Assembly: GCF_001457595.1 (NCBI RefSeq)
Contig: NZ_LN831039.1
Location: 5,940,001-5,972,000 of the forward strand
From: Mycolicibacterium smegmatis
GTDB taxonomy: Bacteria; Actinomycetota; Actinomycetes; Mycobacteriales; Mycobacteriaceae
Direction of reading: 5' to 3'
Length of the DNA: 32,000 nucleotides
Below are positions 1 to 8,160 of this stretch, one piece after another (within the stretch, counting starts at the first letter, position 1; each line of letters begins with the position of its first letter). A model generated the notes under the pieces. The model worked only from the letters and a program-made list of their open reading frames with translations, made no database searches and had not been told where the DNA came from. The position numbers and the translations under genes are program-made.

Positions 1-843
1 GCCGGCCGCGGCGCGGTGGTCGTCGGCGGCAGCCGGGGCATCGGTCTCGCGGTCGCCGGTCTGCTCGCGGCGCAGGGCGCCGGCGTCGTGGTCAACGGCC
101 GCGACGCCGACGCCGCGGAAGCGGCCGCGAAACGGATTTCCGGTGTGGCACATGCCGGTTCGCCCGCAGATCCCGCGGTCGCCGATGCGCTCGTCGACAC
201 GTGCGTCGCCGAGTTCGGCCGCATCGACATCCTGGTGAACTGCGCGGGCACGGCCGAACCGCACGGGTCGTCGATTCTCGACATCACCAGCGCGCAGTTC
301 CGTGAGCTGCTCGATGCGCATCTGGGCACGGTGTTCGAAACGTGCCGCGCCGCAGCGCCGAAGATGGTCGCTCACGGCGGCGGCGCCATCGTCAACACCG
401 GTTCGTTCGCCTACCTCGGCGACTACGGCGGCACCGGTTACCCCGCGGGCAAGGGCGGGGTCAACGCGCTCACGATGGCGGTCGCGGCCGAACTGCGCGA
501 GCACAAGGTGCGGGCCAACGTGGTGTGCCCTGGCGCCAAGACCAGGTTGTCCACCGGGCCGGAGTACGAGCGGCACATCGCCGAACTCAACCGGCGCGGT
601 CTGCTCGACGACGTGAGCGCCCAGGGCGCGCTCGACGCCGCGGCACCCGAGTACGCCGCGGCCACCTACGCGTATCTGGTCAGCGACGCCGCACGTGACG
701 TGACGGGCCGCATCTTCATCGCCGCGGGTGGATTCGTCGGTGAATTCGCCCGCCCCACACCGGGTTTCCTGGGGTTCCGCGACCACCACACGTCACCGCC
801 GTGGACCGCCGACGAACTGCACCAGATGATCAGTGGCGGGTAG
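1..843 (+). CDS. SDR family oxidoreductase (5' end truncated by the window edge)
   Basis: The reading frame is open from base 1. It has the Rossmann motif GGSRGIG, the NCAG motif (LVNCAGTAEP), and a C-terminal part typical of short-chain dehydrogenases. Third-position GC bias is strong. The stop codon ends at 843. Confidence 0.8.
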   Translation, partial: AGRGAVVVGGSRGIGLAVAGLLAAQGAGVVVNGRDADAAEAAAKRISGVAHAGSPADPAVADALVDTCVAEFGRIDILVNCAGTAEPHGSSILDITSAQFRELLDAHLGTVFETCRAAAPKMVAHGGGAIVNTGSFAYLGDYGGTGYPAGKGGVNALTMAVAAELREHKVRANVVCPGAKTRLSTGPEYERHIAELNRRGLLDDVSAQGALDAAAPEYAAATYAYLVSDAARDVTGRIFIAAGGFVGEFARPTPGFLGFRDHHTSPPWTADELHQMISGG

Positions 844-1162
844 CGCACGTCCCGCGTTCGAAGCGCCTGCCGCGCCACGCCGGACGCGCGCCGTGTGAGA
901 CCGGGACCTTGAACGGGCGGTAGTACGTCAGCACGACGTTGTCGGGGTCATCGGGCGAGTCGGTGCAGTCGAAGAACACCCAACCGTCGACGCCGCGGCG
1001 GATGAGTTCGGGATGGTCGGCCACCTCCCACCAACTCGCGGCGGGGACATCGAGGTCCATCCACTCGAAGCGGTCATCTCGTTCGTTCGGGGAGGCCGGT
1101 TCCTCACCTTCTGCTTCCCACCTGACCGCGTCGGCCACGAGCCCGTCAACTCCTTCGCACAT
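830..1162 (-). CDS. Hypothetical small acidic protein (110 aa)
   Basis: ATG at 1162 has a GAAGGG Shine-Dalgarno-like sequence about 9 nt upstream. The sequence is acidic and Trp-rich ([25 protein letters not shown]) with no recognised family. Its 3' end overlaps the convergent SDR by 14 nt. Confidence 0.4.
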
Positions 1163-1233
1163 CTAATAAGCCCTTCTATCCAACCGCTTGGTCGGCGCGG
1201 ACGCAACGAGACGGTCGTCTCACCGGCGTCACT

Positions 1234-1662
1234 ATGCTCATGTCCATGGCGACCGTCTTCACGAAGATCATCAACCGCGAACTGCCCGGCCGTTTCGTCT
1301 ACGAAGACGACGACATCGTGGCGTTCCTGACGATCGAACCCATGACGCAGGGCCACACGCTCGTGGTGCCGCGCGCCGAACTCGACAACTGGCAGGACAT
1401 CGAACCCGCCGTGTTCGCCCGGGTCATGGAGGTCTCGCAGTTGATCGGCAAGGCGGTCTGCAAGGCCTTCGACACCGAGCGTTCGGGCCTGATCATCGCC
1501 GGCCTCGAGGTGCCGCACCTGCACGTCCACGTCTTCCCCGCGCGCAACCTGTCCGACTTCGGGTTCGCCAACGTCGACCGCAACCCGTCACCGGAGTCCC
1601 TCGACGAGGCGCAGGCGAAGATCAAAGCCGCGCTGGCAGATCTGCAATCCGCGGCAGGCTGA
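1234..1662 (+). CDS. HIT family (histidine triad) nucleotide hydrolase
   Basis: Histidine triad HLHVHVFP plus the conserved N-terminus [24 protein letters not shown]. Three in-frame ATGs (1234, 1240, 1246) are possible; 1246 (MATVFTKII) is most likely. Confidence 0.85.
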
Positions 1663-3061
1663 CGGTGAACCGGGAGCCCTTCCCGAGCGCCGTGGTGACC
1701 TTCACGGTTCCGCCGTGCGCGTACACCAGTGAGTCGACGATGGACAGTCCCAGCCCCGTGCCGCCGCTGGCGCGGGTGCGCGACGTGTCCGCGCGGTAGA
1801 ACCGCTCGAACACGCGGCGCGCATCCTCCTGGCTCATGCCGGGGCCCTCGTCGCACACTTCGAGAACCGCGTTGTCGCCGTCGGTGCCCACACGCACCGT
1901 GATGCCCGCGGTCTCGGGCGTGTGCTGTACGGCGTTGGCGACGAGGTTGCCGATCACCTGGCGCAGGCGGGCCTCGTCGCCCAGCACCTCCGGGGTGCCC
2001 GGGCCGTCGAAGACCTCCATCTTCACCCTGCGCTTCGGCGCGATCGACTGCGCGTCGTGCACGGCGTCGGTGGCCAGGGCGAGCAGATCGACGCGGCGCC
2101 GTTCGAGGGGGCGTTGTGCGTCGAGACGCGCGAGCAGCAGCAGGTCCTCGACCAGCAGGCCCATGCGGCGCGATTCGCTCTCGATGCGGCCCATCAGCAT
2201 CTCGATGTCGCGCGCCGCGCCCTGCCGGTACAACTCGGCGAAGCCGCGGATCGTGGTCAACGGCGTGCGCAGTTCGTGGCTCGCGTCGGTGATGAAGCGC
2301 CGCATGCGGTCCTCCGACGACCGTGCCTGTTCGGCCGAGGCCTCCGACGCCGCCACCGCGCGCTGGATCTGCGCGAGCATGCCGTTGAGCGCCGACGACA
2401 ACCGTCCCACCTCGGTGCGCGGATCCCGTTCCGGCACACGACGATCCAACTGTCCCGCAGCAATCGCCGCGGCCGTGCGCTCGACCTCGACCAGCGGGCG
2501 CAGGCTGCGGTGGACGACGACGTAGCCGACCACGCCGAGCACAAGAAGGACCGCGGCGCCGATGCCGACCTGCGACCACACCAGGGCCCGCACCGACGAC
2601 TGCACCTCGGACAGGTCGATGGCGACCGTGGTGAGTTCACCGTTGGGGCCGCGCACCGTCATGGCGCGCCATTCGACGTTGGACTTGTCGATCGAGCCGA
2701 CGGTCACCGGTACCGGGCCGACGTCGTTGTTCTCGGGCAGCGCCGGTTCGGCCTCGCGGTCGTTGACGGCGATCCAGGTGCGGCCGTCCTCATCGAAGCC
2801 GCGCACGTAGAAGTTCGACGGCGGACGGGCCGGGTTGGGGCCCTCCAGCGGTGTGGTGGGCGCGCGCCGCGGGGCCTGCGCCCAACTCCTGGACGCGTCG
2901 AGAAGGGTCTGGTCGATGCGGCTGACCTCGGTGTGCCGCATGATCGACGTGACGGCGATACCCGAGGCCAGCAGACCGCATGCCACCAGCACAAGCGCGG
3001 CGGCCACCAACCCCACGCGCAGTGGGATGCCGCGTCGACCACGGTTCACCCGGTCAAGCAC
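1622..3061 (-). CDS. phoR: Sensor histidine kinase PhoR
   Basis: Two TM helices flank an extracytoplasmic domain of about 120 aa. It has a HAMP region, the HisKA H-box [13 protein letters not shown], and the HATPase G-box [10 protein letters not shown]. It lies 29 bp downstream of the phoP orthologue on the same strand. GTG start at 3061. Confidence 0.85.
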
Positions 3062-3090
3062 CTATGAAGTATGCCGCTGACGCGTGCCCG

Positions 3091-3810
3091 TCAGCGCGGC
3101 TCGCGCAAAACGTAGCCGACGCCGCGCAGCGTGTGCAGCAGTCGCTTCTCGCCGGTGTCGATCTTGCGTCGCAGGTAGGACACATAGGACTCCACGACAT
3201 TGACGTCACCGCCGAAGTCGTAGCGCCACACGTGGTCGAGGATCTTGGGCTTGGACAACACCGTGCCCGCGTTGATGATGAAGTAGCGCAGCAGTGTGAA
3301 CTCCGTGGGCGACAGCGAGACCGGCTCGCCGGCCTTCCACACCTCGTGGGTGTCCTCGTCGAGTTCGATGTCGGCGAAGGTGAGCCGCGCGTTGCGGGTC
3401 TCCTCGACGCCGCGGCCGGAGCGGCGCAGGATCACCCGCAGGCGGGCCACGACCTCTTCGAGGCTGAACGGCTTGGTCACGTAGTCGTCGCCGCCGAGGG
3501 TGAGACCGGCGATCTTGTCCTGCAGGCTGTCGCGCGCGGTGAGGAACAGGGCGGGTGCGTCGATACCGTCGGCGCGCAGGCGGCGCAGCAGTCCGAAGCC
3601 GTCCATACCCGGCATCATCACGTCCAGGATCACGGCGTCGGGCCGTACCTCACGGGCTTTGTCGAGGGCCGCCGCGCCGTTGGACGCGGTGTGCACCTCG
3701 AAGCCCTGGAACTTCAGGCTCACCGAGAGCAGCTCGACGATGTTCGCCTCGTCGTCCACCACCAGGACGCGAGCTTCTGGAACGTTTTCGGGAAGAGCGG
3801 GCATGGCCAT
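3091..3810 (-). CDS. phoP: OmpR-family response regulator PhoP
   Basis: The translation is near-identical over most of its length to my recollection of M. tuberculosis PhoP (EARVLVVDDEANIVELLSVSLKFQGFEV...LHTLRGVGYVLREPR). It has a receiver domain plus a winged-helix domain. The start is ATG 3810 or ATG 3804. Confidence 0.9.
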   Translation of the reverse strand: MAMPALPENVPEARVLVVDDEANIVELLSVSLKFQGFEVHTASNGAAALDKAREVRPDAVILDVMMPGMDGFGLLRRLRADGIDAPALFLTARDSLQDKIAGLTLGGDDYVTKPFSLEEVVARLRVILRRSGRGVEETRNARLTFADIELDEDTHEVWKAGEPVSLSPTEFTLLRYFIINAGTVLSKPKILDHVWRYDFGGDVNVVESYVSYLRRKIDTGEKRLLHTLRGVGYVLREPR

Positions 3811-3842
3811 TACCCAATGCTGTCGCTATCTGTTGGAGTATT

Positions 3843-3871
3843 CCTGCACGCTACCTGTGTGCTTCCTGTGA
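3843..3871 (-). promoter_or_regulatory. Three 11-bp-phased direct repeats (PhoP-box-like) in the phoP promoter
   Basis: The minus strand reads TCACAGGaagcACACAGGtagcGTGCAGG. Plus-strand units start at 3843, 3854 and 3865. The array lies 33-61 bp upstream of the phoP start and resembles the TCACAGC-n4-TCACAGC PhoP site. Confidence 0.5.
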
Positions 3872-3949
3872 ATGTGGGCGAGATACCCCGGCAGGAAGCC
3901 GCCCGAAACCCACGAAAACGATGCGAGTCACCGCCCTAGACTGGCTCAC

Positions 3950-4768
3950 ATGAACCTCGGCAAGACCCTCGTCCAGGTTGCCACGGCCCCGGTTCGCATC
4001 GGCATCGCGATCGCCGACGCGGGCCTGGGGATAGCCGGGGAGACACTCACCGCGGTCCAGCGCACCGTGACCGACTCCAACCCGCTGACCAGCAGGTCAT
4101 CACTGGCGCAGATGCTCGGTCTCGACGACGCCGTCGAGCGTGCCAACCGGCTCGCGCGGCTCATGGACGACGACGCACCACTCGGTCGCGCACTCGCACC
4201 CGACGGCCCCGTCAATCGGTTGCTGCGCCCGGGCGGTCTCGTCGACCAACTGACCGCAGAGGGCGGTCTGCTCGACCGGTTGACCGCCGAGAACGGTCCC
4301 GTCACGCGCGCGGTCGCACCCGGCGGACTCGTCGACCAGATCACCATGGAGGGCGGTCTGCTCGACCGGCTGACCACCGACGACGGCGCCCTGTCGCGCG
4401 TCATCGCACCGGGCGGGCTCGCCGATCAACTGCTCGCGCACGACGGTCTCATCGAGCGTGTGCTGCGCGAGGACGGTGTGGCCGACCGCCTGCTCGCCGA
4501 GGGCGGGCTGCTCGACACCCTCACCGATCCCGACGGCCCGCTGCTCAAACTCGCTGATGTCGCCGACACGCTGAACCGTCTGGCCCCCGGACTCGAGGCC
4601 CTCGCGCCGACCATCGACGCGCTGCACGACGCGGTCATCACCCTCAGCCAGGTGGTCAACCCGCTGTCCAACATCGCCGACCGGATCCCGCTGCCCCGCC
4701 GCTACGGCAGGCGCTCGACCACCCCGACACCTGTGGTGTCGCAGCGAATTGTCGACGCCGACGAGTGA
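3950..4768 (+). CDS. Conserved hypothetical protein with 12-13 tandem decapeptide repeats
   Basis: ATG at 3950 (MNLGKTLVQVATAPVRIG...). The longer ORF from 3872 would run over the phoP promoter repeats. Codon bias is good and the gene is divergent from phoP. The central 120 aa are [DGN]G-x-h-[DNSE]-[RQ]-h-h-x-x units. Confidence 0.7.
   Translation: MNLGKTLVQVATAPVRIGIAIADAGLGIAGETLTAVQRTVTDSNPLTSRSSLAQMLGLDDAVERANRLARLMDDDAPLGRALAPDGPVNRLLRPGGLVDQLTAEGGLLDRLTAENGPVTRAVAPGGLVDQITMEGGLLDRLTTDDGALSRVIAPGGLADQLLAHDGLIERVLREDGVADRLLAEGGLLDTLTDPDGPLLKLADVADTLNRLAPGLEALAPTIDALHDAVITLSQVVNPLSNIADRIPLPRRYGRRSTTPTPVVSQRIVDADE
4202..4561 (+). repeat. In-frame tandem repeat: 12 x 30 bp, organised as 90-bp higher-order units
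   Basis: The units are DGPVNRLLRP, GGLVDQLTAE, GGLLDRLTAE, NGPVTRAVAP, GGLVDQITME, GGLLDRLTTD, DGALSRVIAP, GGLADQLLAH, DGLIERVLRE, DGVADRLLAE, GGLLDTLTDP and DGPLLKLADV. An identical 21-mer, gagggcggtctgctcgaccgg, occurs at 4259 and 4349, exactly 90 bp apart. Confidence 0.85.
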
Positions 4769-4795
4769 CCCGTTAAGCTATTGCGCGTTCCACCT

Positions 4796-4870
4796 GCCTC
4801 CTTAGCTCAGTGGTAGAGCACTCGCCTTGTAAGCGAGCGGTCGTCAGTTCAATCCTGACAGGGGGCTCCA
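4796..4870 (+). tRNA. tRNA-Thr (anticodon UGU), CCA encoded
   Basis: I folded the cloverleaf by hand. Acceptor stem: GCCTCCT/AGGGGGC. D arm: GCTC-AGTGGTA-GAGC. Anticodon arm: CTCGC-CTTGTAA-GCGAG, with TGT at 4828-4830. T arm: GTCAG-TTCAATC-CTGAC. Discriminator T is followed by CCA. Confidence 0.9.
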
Positions 4871-4911
4871 GCGCACCGGCGGTTGTCGGTGCCCCTCAGT
4901 AGCTTCCAGAC

Positions 4912-5316
4912 ATGAGGCTCTGTCGTGGCTGCGGAACGCCTTTGACGAAGCGCAGTCAGAAGGTCTACTGCAGCAATGTGTGCCAGGGCTCGGCCCGTCG
5001 TCAGGCCAGCACCAAGCGCTGGCTCGAATCCGGTCAGGCATCCATCGGCACTCTTCCCGACCACTACATCCGCCAGTACCTGACCACCGAACAAGGCGGC
5101 TGCTGCGCGATCTGCGGTGGCGCCACCACGTGGCAGGGCCTGCCGCTGACGCTCGTGCTGGACCACATCGACGGGGACCCGACGAACAACCGGCGCGACA
5201 ACCTGCGCCTGGTGTGCCCCAACTGCGACTCCCAACTGCCCACGTACAAGAGCCGCAACCGCGGCAACGGACGCCACTTCCGCAGGCAGCGTTATGCCGA
5301 CGGCAAGTCGTACTAG
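4912..5316 (+). CDS. HNH endonuclease (small, stand-alone)
   Basis: HNH/zinc motif LDHIDGDPTNNRRDNLRLVCPNCDSQL, preceded by CxxC pairs (CRGC, CSNVC, CCAIC). It lies 41 bp downstream of the tRNA-Thr. Confidence 0.8.
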   Translation: MRLCRGCGTPLTKRSQKVYCSNVCQGSARRQASTKRWLESGQASIGTLPDHYIRQYLTTEQGGCCAICGGATTWQGLPLTLVLDHIDGDPTNNRRDNLRLVCPNCDSQLPTYKSRNRGNGRHFRRQRYADGKSY

Positions 5317-5486
5317 TTCTCGTCGGCGATCTGCTCGCGGCTCTCGTGCAGTCCCGGCGCCTCGGGATCCTCACCACGGCGGTCGAACTCGTCCTGCAGT
5401 TCTTCCTGCTGCTCGGTCGCCTGCCGGGCGTCCTCCGGGATGGCCCTGCCGTCGTCGTGTGAATCCATGCTGCACAGGATCACCAC
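5313..5486 (-). CDS. Candidate micro-protein, 51-57 aa, highly acidic (below the ORF-track length cutoff)
   Basis: My hand translation is (MVILCS)MDSHDDGRAIPEDARQATEQQEELQDEFDRRGEDPEAPGLHESREQIADEN*. GTG at 5486 has GGAGGA 6 nt upstream, and there is an internal ATG at 5468. The ORF starts 22 nt after the GH5 stop on the same strand. Its stop overlaps the HNH stop in a CTAG. Confidence 0.35.
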   Translation of the reverse strand: MVILCSMDSHDDGRAIPEDARQATEQQEELQDEFDRRGEDPEAPGLHESREQIADEN

Positions 5487-5508
5487 GCGAGATCCTCCCC
5501 AAACCGGA

Positions 5509-6648
5509 TTACACGCGCGCGGTCAGCTTGCGCAGCGTGGCGTACTCGCTGTCCTTGTAGGGCCGCCCGTCGGGACGCAGCAGATCGTGGAACCAGACGT
5601 TGGGCACCTTGGTGTAGGGCTTGTCCCAGGAATCCCACGGGAAGTAGGTCTGCGTCTTGCCCGCCACCAGACCCCAGCTGTAGGCGCCCACGTTGTGGCG
5701 TTTGGCGACGGGCAGCACCCCCTCAAGCGTGCTGCCCTCGCTGCGTGCCAGGTACTCGGTGCACAGGATCGGCCGGCCGAGTGGCTCCAACTCGGCAATG
5801 CGGGCCTCGAACTCGTCGGGGCCCGCATAGGAGTGGAAGGAGATGACGTCGGAGTTGTCGAGTTGGAAGCTCGCCATCTCGCTGCGGCGCCCTCTCTCCC
5901 AACTGCCCTGCCACACCCCGCTGGTCAGGGGTTGTGCGGCGTTGACCGACCGCGCCCAGCCGAACACCTGGGGCAGCAGCGCGCCGACGGCGTCCAGCTT
6001 GTCGGAGCGCTCGACCTTGCGGTACTGCCTGGCCGGGTTGTCGGGCTCGTTCCACAGATCCCAGCCCAGCACGCGCTGGTCGTTGCGGAACTGGCTCATG
6101 ACGCCGACGACGTAGTCGCGCAGCACGGGCCGGTAGCGCGGATCGTCGATGCGCTGCGCGCCCGGGCTCTGGACCCAGCCCGAATTGTGCACGCCCGGCG
6201 TCGGCGCGCGCTGCGCGCCGGGTTTGGGCAGCGGATCCCAGCACGAGTCGAACAACACGAACAGCGGCTTGATGCCCTGGCGCGAAGCGATCGAGACGAA
6301 CTGGGCGAGCCGGTTCTGGAAGCCCGCGCGGTCCTGCGCCCACAGCAGGTCGTGCAGGAACACCCGCACGGTGTTGAAGCCGAGCAGCCGGCACGCCCCG
6401 AGCTCGCTGTCGATGCGCCGCGGGTCGTAGGTGCCTGCCGAGAACATCTCGAGCTGGTTGATCGCGTTGGACGTGATGAAGTTCGTGCCGACCAGCCAGC
6501 CCTGCGCCTGATACCAGGCGTTCGCGCGTTCCACGGGCCACTGGCCCGGCGCCGCGGACGCGCGCGGTGCGGTGGTCACCAGTGGGGAGATTGCCGCTGA
6601 CGCTGCCAGAACCAGCGGGATCTTGAGGGCCGTTCGACGGTGCACCAC
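5509..6648 (-). CDS. Secreted glycoside hydrolase family 5 (cellulase/mannanase-like)
   Basis: The GH5 acid/base motif WDLWNEPDN and the nucleophile motif ILCTEY lie about 110 aa apart. The N-terminal signal peptide is HRRTALKIPLVLAASAAISPLVTTAPRASAA. The likely start is a GTG at 6645 or 6648 rather than the track's 6699. Confidence 0.8.
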   Translation of the reverse strand: MVHRRTALKIPLVLAASAAISPLVTTAPRASAAPGQWPVERANAWYQAQGWLVGTNFITSNAINQLEMFSAGTYDPRRIDSELGACRLLGFNTVRVFLHDLLWAQDRAGFQNRLAQFVSIASRQGIKPLFVLFDSCWDPLPKPGAQRAPTPGVHNSGWVQSPGAQRIDDPRYRPVLRDYVVGVMSQFRNDQRVLGWDLWNEPDNPARQYRKVERSDKLDAVGALLPQVFGWARSVNAAQPLTSGVWQGSWERGRRSEMASFQLDNSDVISFHSYAGPDEFEARIAELEPLGRPILCTEYLARSEGSTLEGVLPVAKRHNVGAYSWGLVAGKTQTYFPWDSWDKPYTKVPNVWFHDLLRPDGRPYKDSEYATLRKLTARV

Positions 6649-6744
6649 AAGAACATAGTGGGCACGACGAGCCCGCAGGCTGCACGTATCACATTGCAAC
6701 CATTGAGGTTTCGAATTGTTATCGGACGGCCCGCACTGCCGGGA

Positions 6745-7443
6745 TCACAACCGGTCGATCACGTACTGCGCGGCCTGGCCCATCATGCCGTTCACGTTGT
6801 ACAGCGCGTGCGCGAAGCTCGGCCCGCCTGCCGGTGCGCCGTCGCAGATGGTGTCACCCGGCGCGCACAGGTTCAGTGTCTTGTCGACGTAGCGGGGCCC
6901 GATCACGATGGGCGGTGCGCCGATGTCGCGCATGAACTGATCCGACGGTTTGCCGATCAGCACCACCGCGGCGACGTGGTCGGAGACCTCGGCGGGCATC
7001 GGGTCGGGGATGTACTGCCGATACTCGGCCGGGATCTCGGCGGGGATGTCGGCCGCGGTGACGAAACCGGCGACCACCGCGCCTTGCGAGTACCCGCCGA
7101 CCACGATGCGGGTGTCGGGGCAGGTGTCGGCCGTGGCCTCGACGTGCGACGCGGCGTCGGCGATGCCGTCGACCACGGTCCGTGCGAATGCGATGCGGTC
7201 GCCGAAGTCGCCGCTGGCCGGGTAGTCGACCGCGTACACGTCGACCGATCTCGGCGCGGCCTGTGCGCGCAGCGTATCCACGAAGGCCTGTCCCATGACC
7301 CCCACCCCCGGTGGTTCGAAGGTGCCCCTCGCGAACACCACCTCGACGTCGGGACACGGCTGCGCCGACGCGGGCGAGGCAGGGATGACCGGCAGGGCGC
7401 CGAACGCCACCAACGCGGCGCCCAACAATTTGAGAACGTTCAT
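6745..7443 (-). CDS. Secreted cutinase family serine esterase
   Basis: Nucleophile elbow GYSQG and conserved Cys pairs (CPDVEVVFARG..., DTCPD, LCAPGDTIC). The catalytic Asp and His are in the C-terminal part (GDTICDG, FAHALY). Signal peptide MNVLKLLGAALVAFGALPVIPASPASA from ATG 7443. Confidence 0.85.
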   Translation of the reverse strand: MNVLKLLGAALVAFGALPVIPASPASAQPCPDVEVVFARGTFEPPGVGVMGQAFVDTLRAQAAPRSVDVYAVDYPASGDFGDRIAFARTVVDGIADAASHVEATADTCPDTRIVVGGYSQGAVVAGFVTAADIPAEIPAEYRQYIPDPMPAEVSDHVAAVVLIGKPSDQFMRDIGAPPIVIGPRYVDKTLNLCAPGDTICDGAPAGGPSFAHALYNVNGMMGQAAQYVIDRL

Positions 7444-7533
7444 ATCGACTCCAAGCGCATCGGGTCGTGCCGTTCTAGCCGTTCCCCATGCTGACACACC
7501 GTCACAACGAAAGCTCGTGAAGGACGAAAGTAC

Positions 7534-8160
7534 CTACGGCAGCGACACTTTCGGGAAGGGTCGCGGCTGGTCCGCGCCCGGCCCGTCGAAGTGCCACCAC
7601 TCCCCTTCGTACACGCTCAGCCCGCCGGCCTGCATCGCGTCGCGCAGCCGCGCCCGGTTGGCCCGCGCGGCAGCACTCACACCCTCGGTGGCGTAGGCCT
7701 GGCTGCGGGCGGTGAAGTCGTCGAACCCGGTGCCCATGTCCGCACCCGCGATCGTGACGTCCACCGACCGCCCGGCCTCGTGGCTGCGCGCCGCGGTTCC
7801 CGGACGCGCCACCCACGCCGGGTTGGGCACCACCTCGAACATCCGCACCTGCACCTCGTGCGGGCGGTAGCAGTCCCAGAACACCAACCGCTCGGGGCGC
7901 AGCCGCGCCGCGGCCACCGCGAACCCGTGGGCCATCGACTCGTGCACCAGACACCGTGAACCGGTCGGGTACAGCTGTTCGCCCACGAAGTTGTCGGTGG
8001 TTGCGTACCTGAGGTCGACCACCGCGTCCGGCACCACGGTGCGCACGTCCACGAGTCGGTCATCCGACACCGGATCGGCCGCCGCCACCGGCGCAAACAC
8101 CGTCGTCAGGCACCCCGCAGCGGCGATCGCGGCGAGGACCAGCGCGGACACCCGTCGCAT
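7534..8160 (-). CDS. VanX/DdpX-like D-alanyl-D-alanine dipeptidase (peptidase M15D), probable lipoprotein
   Basis: The zinc/catalytic motif SHEAGRSVD aligns to the VanX sequence SRHSRGSAID, and EWWHF is present. ATG at 8160 gives MRRVSALVLAAIAAAGC with a lipobox-like AAGC. Confidence 0.8.
   Translation of the reverse strand: MRRVSALVLAAIAAAGCLTTVFAPVAAADPVSDDRLVDVRTVVPDAVVDLRYATTDNFVGEQLYPTGSRCLVHESMAHGFAVAAARLRPERLVFWDCYRPHEVQVRMFEVVPNPAWVARPGTAARSHEAGRSVDVTIAGADMGTGFDDFTARSQAYATEGVSAAARANRARLRDAMQAGGLSVYEGEWWHFDGPGADQPRPFPKVSLP

Noticed and set aside
1299-2579. A 426-aa minus-strand ORF, with several other long ORFs overlapping phoR in other frames
   Set aside because: The composition is Arg/Gly/Pro/Ala-rich (RRRGPS..., GRGRAHGRG...), typical of off-frame translation of high-GC DNA. 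The phoR frame (1622-3061) has all the kinase motifs.
3872-3949. An N-terminal extension (MWARYPGRKPPETHEN...) of the decapeptide-repeat protein
   Set aside because: The extension would begin inside the phoP promoter repeats and has poor coding character. ATG 3950 gives a sensible N-terminus.
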